Assembly: GCA_965233585.1 (NCBI GenBank)
Contig: CBDDTI010000079.1
Coordinates: 1 to 29,882, forward strand
DNA from: a bacterium
GTDB taxonomy: Bacteria > SAR324 > NAC60-12
DNA: 29,882 nt
Direction: 5' to 3'
The position numbers and the translations under genes are program-made. Position 1 is the stretch's first letter, and each line of letters opens with the position of its first letter. The notes under the pieces are model-generated. The model saw only the letters and a program-made list of their open reading frames with translations. It did not search any database and was not told the DNA's origin. Positions 22,185 through 29,882 of this stretch are shown piece by piece.

Positions 22185-23645
22185 TCATAACTTTGGATAT
22201 TTTCCTGAAAAAAGTTTTTTAACAGAATCTACTTTAGCTTCTGATTTAGACATTTTTCTTGTTTTTGATCTGGTTTTTGCAGGAGACACACCAGCTTCAA
22301 TAGGGTCCCTGTTTATTGGGCTTTTAGATTGTGACATTTTCATTGATTTTGATCTGGTTTTGGTTTGTGCAGGAGTCATGTCAGCATCAGTGGAATTTCT
22401 TTTTGTTGCACCCTTCGATTTAGCTTTTCCGGCTGAAAATCGTATTTTAACAGGTGTGAGTGGAAATGAAGGAGAAGAGCTTCCAATTCCTCTTAATCTT
22501 CTTTTTCGAGGGGTAGAGGTCATTCCAAAAATTTTATCTTGATTTCTTACAGACAATTCTTTATAATGATCTTTCATCATATGTTTGGCAAATTGTGGAA
22601 TGCCGACATATTGCTTCCCGCAATTGGGAAAGGGACAAACTATTTTGCCAGCCGCATTCTTTTCTTTCACTGCTTTTGCAATAGGTGTATTTCGCCAATT
22701 TAACACAACTGGAGATTTTATTGTGGAAAGTGCGTATGAGTAATCCGTTTCATTTGAGCTGTTTCTTCTAGCGTAAGGGCTGGAAATCATTCCTTTAATG
22801 GTCTTTTTGTCTTTCAAAGCTATATCTTTAGGATGATCTTTTAGCAAATGTTTGCCTAATTGCCCTTCATCAACATATTGCTTCCAACAATCAGGAACTG
22901 GACAAACTAATTTGCCTTTTGAATTTCTTTTCGTCATCGCTTCTAAAACAGGTGTTTCTCGCCATTCTTCTCGTTTGGTAGTAACAGGAGTTGAATAAGC
23001 TGATTCGTTCGGACTTTTTGTTTTTTCAGGACTAAGAGATTTTTCTGCAACAAATTCTCTTTCAATAATGGGGGTACTAGGTAAATTATTTTCTTCTTGT
23101 TGGGGAATTTCAGTGGGTGTTCTGTAAAGAGATACGTCCGTGAGATCCATATTGGTATCAATTCGAGCAGGTGTTAGTGCATTTGGTATTTCTTCTCGTT
23201 GCGTTATTTGGGTGGATGGTGATCTTAAAACCGGGTGGTAAGCGCGGTCAATACTGCTACCTTTTTGGGTAACTCGACCAGGAGACATTACATTCTGTAT
23301 TTCTTCTCGTTGAGGAATTTGAGTGGATGGTGATCTCGAAAGAGATTGGTAAGTACGACCCATGCTATCAGATTGGGCAATTGATGTGACATTCGGTAAT
23401 TTATCAGACCCAAAACGAAGTAATTTATCCCCAGTTTGGATTATTTTCTGTCTGTCTTGTAGATTTTTAAATTTAATGGCATTTTCAATATAGTTGGTTG
23501 TTTCCGGTTTTTCATTCATAGAAATAAGTTCCTTTTTTGATTCATCGTCTTCCGTATTTTTTATTAATGAATAATATAATCTTTTAGGTACTAAAAACAT
23601 GGAATACATTTCATCATGTGGTTTTATTTTTACTCCTGAGCTCAT
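22185..23645 (-). CDS. Protein with two C2H2 zinc fingers, S/T-P-rich repeats and a basic tail (486 aa)
   Basis: CPVPDC..QY....LGKHLLKDH and CPFPNC..QY....FAKHMMKDH; internal repeats RSPSTQI.QREEI. Confidence 0.8.
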   Translation of the reverse strand: MSSGVKIKPHDEMYSMFLVPKRLYYSLIKNTEDDESKKELISMNEKPETTNYIENAIKFKNLQDRQKIIQTGDKLLRFGSDKLPNVTSIAQSDSMGRTYQSLSRSPSTQIPQREEIQNVMSPGRVTQKGSSIDRAYHPVLRSPSTQITQREEIPNALTPARIDTNMDLTDVSLYRTPTEIPQQEENNLPSTPIIEREFVAEKSLSPEKTKSPNESAYSTPVTTKREEWRETPVLEAMTKRNSKGKLVCPVPDCWKQYVDEGQLGKHLLKDHPKDIALKDKKTIKGMISSPYARRNSSNETDYSYALSTIKSPVVLNWRNTPIAKAVKEKNAAGKIVCPFPNCGKQYVGIPQFAKHMMKDHYKELSVRNQDKIFGMTSTPRKRRLRGIGSSSPSFPLTPVKIRFSAGKAKSKGATKRNSTDADMTPAQTKTRSKSMKMSQSKSPINRDPIEAGVSPAKTRSKTRKMSKSEAKVDSVKKLFSGKYPKL

Positions 23646-23647
23646 TT

Positions 23648-24022
23648 TTAACGACGACGTCGCGAACTCTTATTTGCAATAATTTGAGCCAAAAGAGGGA
23701 TGACGGTGCTGGCGATCGCTGATAAAACTCCTAAAATTCCGCCCTTTTGTAATATTTTTCTTTTTTTTGAAATGTCGGAAGAACGACGCGGCGGTGCAGC
23801 AAGACGTCTAAATTCTGTCAAATGAGCTCTTATCTTTTTTTGAAGACGTGTTCGTACTTTGCCATGTATGGGCAAGTCACCGTTCAACACGTAATGTAAT
23901 ATACGACAAAGCAATTCAACTCCGCGATCGTCCAAATGACTTAAAAAATTGGCACAATCCTGATGTTTTAATTTTTTTATTACATAAAAAAGTGAACTAG
24001 CTTTTCCTAATGTTTTAGACAT
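23648..24022 (-). CDS. Adenovirus pX-like core protein precursor
   Basis: C-terminal QKGG|ILGVLSAIASTVIPLL resembles the adenoviral pX xxGG|ILPLLIP end; basic protein. Confidence 0.7.
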   Translation of the reverse strand: MSKTLGKASSLFYVIKKLKHQDCANFLSHLDDRGVELLCRILHYVLNGDLPIHGKVRTRLQKKIRAHLTEFRRLAAPPRRSSDISKKRKILQKGGILGVLSAIASTVIPLLAQIIANKSSRRRR

Positions 24023-24070
24023 TTTGACAGTTGCAATTTTTTATTTTTCTTAAATAGATATGAAAATCCT

Positions 24071-24766
24071 TTAAACGGTAACGTAAGCTTTCATCAGTCC
24101 CTCGTACGGAAAAATGTTGCTTCGAATTCTGACTTTATCGTCTTGTTGTTGATGGAAATCTAGAAGGAGATATCCGTGACTTCGACCGTTAACAGCTTCC
24201 CTGTATGCTTTATTTAAAATTCCGACTCGTCCGGGGAAAATTTGTTTAGCCAAATGCGCAACCGCACTTCTGTCCCGAGGATTGTTAAAAAGAACCATAT
24301 ACTGTGTGTTTATGCTTAATGTCCGCAAATCACCTTTTTTATCAAATAAATTTTGACACAGAAAAACGGTGAAACAATTGTAGTGATGAGTCAAAACCGT
24401 AAAAAAATGTTTTAATATTTGTCCAACATCGTCTAAATAATCATCAAAAACAACTAATTTGGGCATTTTTCTTGGATATGATTCCAAAATATCTTTTAGT
24501 TCTTCAATCGAATTTGGAATACTTTTAAATTTACGAAATGTTGGAAAGCGAGAGTTTGAACGTTTGTCTCGATTCATATCATCTTCCATGTATTCATAAG
24601 CTTTTTGTGGTTCTTTGTAGAACAACAACATTGTTTCTGGTGGAGTTGCAAAATATTCATGCCTACCAACCACTAAATGTTTAAGCCACGTTGTTTTTCC
24701 ACTCGATGTTGGGCCAACAATTAACATGTTGGAAGGAATACTGAACCTTAAATCAAAACCATCCAT
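24071..24766 (-). CDS. FtsK/A32-like genome packaging ATPase
   Basis: Walker A GPTSSGKTT, Walker B LVVFDD, FLCQN, RTLSIN..Y, HGYLLLD. Confidence 0.96.
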   Translation of the reverse strand: MDGFDLRFSIPSNMLIVGPTSSGKTTWLKHLVVGRHEYFATPPETMLLFYKEPQKAYEYMEDDMNRDKRSNSRFPTFRKFKSIPNSIEELKDILESYPRKMPKLVVFDDYLDDVGQILKHFFTVLTHHYNCFTVFLCQNLFDKKGDLRTLSINTQYMVLFNNPRDRSAVAHLAKQIFPGRVGILNKAYREAVNGRSHGYLLLDFHQQQDDKVRIRSNIFPYEGLMKAYVTV

Positions 24767-24829
24767 TTTGCTAGTTTTTGAAAAATATTTAAAAATTTTT
24801 TCTTAAATAAAAGTAACAATATGTTTTAT

Positions 24830-27800
24830 TTATTTACAAATAGGGCATTTAGATGATTTGTTGTTGACAATAAGACAATTTCCTAGTGATAAAGTGTGAT
24901 ATCCGCAATTCAAAATGTGTCTTTTGGAATCCATTGCTGATAACGCAATCTTTCTTTGAAAACATGTCCGAATTTTATGATTCTTTGATCTTAAGTTTTT
25001 GAAAGATTTGTAAATTAGAACAGTCCGTTTCAGACATTTTTTGTAATCGTTATAGGTTAATTGCTTTTTTATGCTAGATTTTTTTAAACCTTTGCAAATT
25101 TTCTTTTCTTCTGTTTTGTTTTTGTCTGAAAAATCAGTAATTTTCATAGAATAACATTTTGGACGTAAGCCTATAAAGTGAGTAATAGCTGCTCTGCCTT
25201 TTAGTTCGTCTTTGAAATAAAAAAGCTGATTGGCTCTACTGTCATCGAAAAGAGGATGTTGTTTGGGGTACTTTGAAAAATCAAATATGTGCTCCAATTT
25301 TTTCATTTCCCTTTCCAAGTTGTTGCATCTTACTTTTAAAAGAAAAGAATCCGTGTCTGAGAAACATAAAGACACATTTTCTTCGCCAAAATGTTGTTGA
25401 ATCGTGTCATAATACGATCTGTACATAAACAACTTGGACAATTCCAAAATAGAAAATCCAACAGCTAAAGGCTTCCTGAGCTCTATTATTGCCGGCTTCT
25501 TGTTGACAGCCACCAAGTTTTCATTGATGATTTGAAAACTGTTGATGTGTTGACCAAGACTGGCTTTCCTTAAGCTCTGTTCATCACCACAAAGGACCAC
25601 TTCAGAGTAATTTCGAACATTTTCTGAAATGCAGAATAAGATTTATTTAATAAAGAAAATTGATTATGTGCGCAATCACCTCAGCTAACTAGCCGTCCCA
25701 TATCACATTTCATTTTCCTCTGTAATTAGCAATGTACTATAATTTACTTCAATTTGAAATCATTCCTTTTTTAAAGCCCGACATAAACGGACATCAAAAA
25801 TTCCAACAAAATAAACACTAAGTCAAAATGGATAAAAAAGATCAGGAAAAGAGCAAAGCTTTTTGGTTAAAAGTAATAAAATCAGCCCAGGAGGAGGCAA
25901 CTTCAAGTCCGACTTCTGGCAGTAGCTCTACCGGGGCTGCGGCTGGGGGAGCATGGTCATCTACTAAAACTGAGGGAGCATGGTCATCTTCTGGGGCTGC
26001 GGGTGGAGGATCATGGGCATCTTCCGAGCGTCCCGTGGCACCTGCTTGGCCATCACGGACTCCGTACAAGTCCGTCCCACAAAAATCAGGGTCGGAGTCG
26101 TGGAAGAGCGCATCTACTGCCGGGGTCGGGGGCGGAGGAGCATGGTCATCCACTAAAACCGGAGGAGCATGGTCATCTTCTGCGGCCTTGGGTGGGGAAT
26201 CATGGTCATCTTCCGAACGTCCCGTGGCACCTGCTTGGCCATCACGGACCCCGTACAAGTCCGTCCCACAAAAATCAGAGCGGGAGTCGTGGAAGAGGCA
26301 TCTACTGTCGGAGCCGGGAGTGGGGGAGCATGGTCATCCACTAAAACTGGAGGAGCATGGTCATCTTCTGGGGCTGTGGGCGGAGGAGCATGGTCATCTG
26401 CTAAAAATGAGGGGGCATGGTCATCCACTAAAACTGCGGGAGCATGGTCATCTTCTGCGGCCTTGGGTGGGGGATCATGGGCATCTTCCGAACGTCCCGT
26501 GGCACCTGCTTGGCCATCACGGACCCCGTACAAGTCCGTCCCACAAAAATCAGGGTCGGAGTCGTGGAAGAGCGCATCTACTACCGGGGCTGGGGGCGGG
26601 GGAGCATGGTCATCTACTAAAACTGGAGGAGCATGGACATCTTCTGGGGCTGTGGGCGGAGGAGCATGGTCATCTGCTAAAACTGAGGGGGCATGGTCAT
26701 CTACTAAAACTGGAGGAGCATGGTCATCTTCTGCGGCTTTGGGTGGAGAATCATGGGCATCTTCCGAGCGACCCGTAGCACCTGCTTGGCCATCACGAAC
26801 CCCGTACAAATCCGTCCCACAAAGGTCGGAGTCAGAGTCACGAAAGCAGACCTCTCATCGCGTGTCATTTGATTTGTCTTCACAATCAACACAAAAATCT
26901 AAACCACAACCCTATACTCACGTGGAACCTTCACCAACACCAGAAGTGCGTCAAGTAACGGCATTTCCATCAGTGTGGTCTCCGTCTACAGCTCGAAAAG
27001 TTACAAAAAAAAATTAAAATTTAAATTTGATCATTTTTCTTTTTCTTTTTGATTACAAAATAAACACATCATTTTATAAAAATTGATTTTTCAAAAGTTT
27101 GCGTACTTGATTAATTCATTTTGCGAATTTTTAATTTAATATTGATTTAATATTATGAATATTTATGAGATAATTTGCTAATTAATATGTGAAGGTTTGG
27201 AGATTCATTTTCTAAAATTGACAAAACCATGCGGGAAAATTCAAAACAAATTTAGAGAAGGAAGAGGAGAAGGAGAAGGAAAAGGAAAATGGACAAGGTA
27301 AAGTTAGGAAGGATGAGGAGGGGGAAATACGAGGTGTTGAGGGCGAAATGGACGGAAGAGGAGGAGGAGGAGAAGTTCAAGCTGCTGCCGGACCCGCCAT
27401 TGAGCGAGACACCGCCGCGTCCACCACTGATGTGGGGCGGTGGCCGTTTTAGACGGCTTGCCAGAGGCTTGATCATGATGATCAGGACGGCCGCCGCCTC
27501 CGTCGCCGACTTTGTTGCCGGTCGTCCGGACGTCATCCCCACCGACGTCATCCCCGCCAACGTCATCCCCACCGACGTCAGCCCCGCCGACGTCATCCCC
27601 GCCGACGTCAGCCCCGCCAACGAAGCCGATGTTTCTGAAGATGACGATTTTGATGAGGCTAAGTGTGTGGTTGGTGCCGGCAGGACGTACTGCCGCAACT
27701 GTCGCCGGTACCACCACGCACTTGTGCCTCAAAATTAAAGAAAAATACAAAAAATGACCCCAAATTCGTTTGAGTATTTAACAAATTCATTTTTTACAGA

Positions 27801-29882
27801 AAAATGGACTGCGTCAAATTACGCTTTTGCGTCTTTTACAATCTCAACATCATTAAATTATCTTATCTCAAAACTTACCAATAAATTTTCCAAAAGTAGA
27901 GTTGGCAAAAAGTTTAAAAAGCCGGAGTTCAAAGTCATTGCGAGCATTTGATCGCAGCTTTGTGACCTTTTCGATGAACTCCTTCAAAAAAGCTTTTTGT
28001 CGAAACTTCATGACTCTTCTTATCTTCAGCAACTTCATGCCCTTTTTCAAGTAGTACTGCAGGTTTTCCAGATGCACCACGTACTTTTTTCGGTCATAAA
28101 AAGTGCTCAACAATTTCTTGCTCCGGTATCTTTTGTTCCTATAATCTCGAGGACAGTGATGTTTCAGTAAACGGCGATTGTAAGGAGATAGATGTTTAAA
28201 AGAAACCGTGTCTGTATACGGAGCCAGCGGAAATTGATCGTGTGCCTGAAAATGATATCATGTAACTTGTCAAAACAATAAATAACGTATCACAACAAAG
28301 ATCGGATTTACCTGGTGAAGATGAGAAGGATAATGCAAATCAACTTCGAACGCATATCCAGTATCGTCTTGCGAAGGAATGTTGATAATATCTTCGGCAG
28401 TCCATTTTTTAAATTCTGTTTTTGAAACCCATTGGAAATCAGAAACTGGTAATTTTAAAGTTTCCATACTCCCGTATAAGTTGTTGGCTGAAAAATTGTA
28501 CGGATCATAACAAAAATGATTTCATCAGATAATACAGTATAAAATTACCATCAATGTATAACAAGTGATCGCCGCTTTTTCTAGGATTGCTATTCCCTTT
28601 GGCATAACGCTGAGCGATAAAACTTTGCCCACCTCTGATACCCTTTGTAAAAAAACGCTCCATTTCAGGATCGGAATAGACATCTAATGATCCGAGGGGT
28701 TTGGAGGTTTCAGATTCGGATGTGAGCTTATTATCTGATTTAGCTTGTTCTGAATTTTGAAAGAACATAAGCATGACATCAAAACTCAAGCCAGGAATTC
28801 CTAATTTAGGTAGAATAAATTTAGTATTACGATACATCCAACAGTAAAGATTAAAGTTTACCTAGATAATAAACAGGATCCAATTGAAAATGTTCCATAA
28901 CCATTTTCCTGTACTGAAGAAATGCTTCACACAGCAAAACAACGTCTAAAGAACAATAGAGCATCATGTAATCCACCACATTCTTGCATTTGAACGATTT
29001 AAAGACTTCTTGAGCATGGGAATAATCCGCTTCCGTAATGTGTTCTTCGTTTAATTCAGAATAAAAAGAGTCTTTGGACGGAAGGTTTCGACTTTTCTTC
29101 ATCTCTTGTAAAGATTGGAAATGTTCGTAACAAAAAACGCCTTTTCTTTTTAAAAGTTTTAAAGCTTTTGATTTTTGACGAACAGGAATTTTTTTATATC
29201 TTTCCATTTGTTGTAAAATGGGAAAGGTAAAATTTGAGGTCTGATTCAAATCTTGAACAAGTGCATCTAGACTGCCAGAAATGTGCTCTAACGAATCTTG
29301 AATTTTAAATTTGCCCAATGTAAGAGTGCGAAACTTTTCACTGTTTTTTGCTAAGACTTTTACATTTTGCTTAAATTTGGAAACATTTAACTCTTCCACG
29401 ATTAAATGCAAATCGTATCTGAAACGCGTACATAATTTGTGTTAGTTTAATAAATAAACCCAATTAAGACTTCTTACCCTTGAGCGTTGTGGAAAAAAAT
29501 TGGTGTGTGAAAGGGGCCGGATCTCGTCAAGTTACACAGTGAATGAGCTGCGCCCATTATTTTCCCTGTCACGTGATCATGATCTAGAACTTTTCTGTAA
29601 TTTCTAGAGTACTTTTTGAATTGACCACCACAAATATGACAAACTTTTGCTTTTTGATACATTTGCCATTCTTGCGGACTAGATTGATTTTTAACAATAT
29701 GTCTGAATTTTTGTTTTCTTTCGTCAACAACTTTTTCATAGAAATGCATTCGATCCAAAAAATGTTTGGCTGCATCCTCTCCTACATATTCTTCTTGAAA
29801 AAATACCTCATCATTCGAATCCACAAAAAGCAAGCTATACCCCACTGGTCTATGCACGTTTATATCGTCACTGGTAGGAAAA
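24830..29882 (-). CDS. polB: Protein-primed family B DNA polymerase, spliced and 5'-partial. Exons: >29881-29478, 29418-28862, 28800-28549, 28487-28312, 28245-27879, 25623-24830
   Basis: Splicing at GT-AG sites gives one open frame of 849 aa in the window. It restores motifs across every junction: FHNAQG/YDLH (Exo II), YYLG/IPGLS, YID/ANNLYG (motif A), LHQ/AHDQFPLAP, KLFANSTFGKFI/ENVR (motif B). SDTDS (motif C) is in the last exon. Confidence 0.95.
25828..27017 (+). CDS. Gly/Ser/Trp-rich repeat protein (~396 aa after repairing a 1-bp deletion at ~26297), nested in the polB intron
   Basis: ATG in CAAAATG context. Four copies of a unit made of GGAWSS repeats plus SERPVAPAWPSRTPYKSVPQ. Unit 2 has AAGAGGCATC where units 1 and 3 have AAGAGCGCATC. 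Confidence 0.75.
27289..27738 (+). CDS. Hypothetical protein with DVIP(T/A)/DVSPA pentapeptide repeats and a Cys/His C-terminus, nested in the polB intron; start uncertain
   Basis: GC-rich island in AT-rich flanks; 15-bp tandem repeat at ~27529-27621; ends C..GRTYCRNCRRYHH. Confidence 0.5.
   Translation: MDKVKLGRMRRGKYEVLRAKWTEEEEEEKFKLLPDPPLSETPPRPPLMWGGGRFRRLARGLIMMIRTAAASVADFVAGRPDVIPTDVIPANVIPTDVSPADVIPADVSPANEADVSEDDDFDEAKCVVGAGRTYCRNCRRYHHALVPQN
28246..28311 (-). other. polB intron (66 bp)
   Basis: CAG|GTAAAT...TTTTCAG|GCA, phase 0. Confidence 0.9.
28488..28548 (-). other. polB intron (61 bp)
   Basis: G|GTAATT...TTTTTCAG|CC, phase 1; splits motif A. Confidence 0.92.
28801..28861 (-). 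other. polB intron (61 bp)
   Basis: G|GTAAAC...AATTAG|GA, phase 1. Confidence 0.85.
29419..29477 (-). other. polB intron (59 bp)
   Basis: GG|GTAAGA...TTTCAG|A, phase 2; splits the Exo II motif. Confidence 0.92.

Larger units (their letters stand above)
25624..27878 (-). other. Large spliceosomal intron of polB (2255 bp) with nested opposite-strand ORFs
   Basis: Donor G|GTAAGT at 27878 and acceptor TTTCAG| at 25624; joining restores FGKFIENVRN. Confidence 0.9.
13393..29882. mobile_element. Polinton/Maverick (adintovirus-like endogenous dsDNA virus); right part outside window
   Basis: Co-occurrence of rve integrase, pPolB, packaging ATPase, adenain-like protease, and major and minor capsid genes. 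Abrupt shift to AT-rich sequence at AGTAATGAT (13393); Polinton termini typically begin 5'-AG. The exact boundary is inferred. Confidence 0.95.

Noticed and set aside
22165..22542. 125-aa + strand hydrophobic ORF
   Set aside because: Antisense shadow of the Lys/Ser-rich tail of the zinc-finger gene.
26298..26778. His-rich EEHGHLL tail of the 316-aa ORF as a metal-binding protein
   Set aside because: Arises from a 1-bp deletion relative to sibling repeat units; the GAWSS frame continues in the 26169-27017 ORF.
25842..26809. Antisense DDHAPP-repeat ORFs
   Set aside because: Mirror frames of the repeat gene with non-ATG starts; the + frame has a good ATG context and unique N- and C-termini. 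Not strictly excluded.
27868..29857. polB fragments as a decayed pseudogene or as separate genes
   Set aside because: All breaks are explained by canonical phase-compatible introns.

Overview
Eukaryotic (animal-type) genomic DNA in two blocks. Positions 1-~13392 are GC-richer, nested, decayed Ty3/Gypsy LTR-retrotransposon remnants. These comprise two diverged copies of one family pointing away from each other (4805->1 and 8044->~10480), with a broken RT-RNaseH-integrase pol between them. From ~13393 to the window end lies an AT-rich, nearly intact Polinton/Maverick (adintovirus-like endogenous virus), truncated by the window edge. It encodes a retroviral-type integrase with chromodomain, major and minor capsid proteins, an adenain-like protease, a packaging ATPase, two protease-cleavable core proteins and a protein-primed DNA polymerase B. 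Its unusual features are: (1) five regularly spaced ~80-nt hairpins with a conserved basal stem and different upper arms, resembling a pri-miRNA cluster; (2) adjacent TBP-like and TFIIB-like genes; (3) a polB split by five GT-AG introns; (4) a 2.25-kb polB intron holding opposite-strand genes, one a Gly/Ser/Trp-repeat protein reminiscent of Argonaute-hook proteins; (5) a tandem double-penton gene. All protein identifications are motif recognition by eye; no database searches were run.
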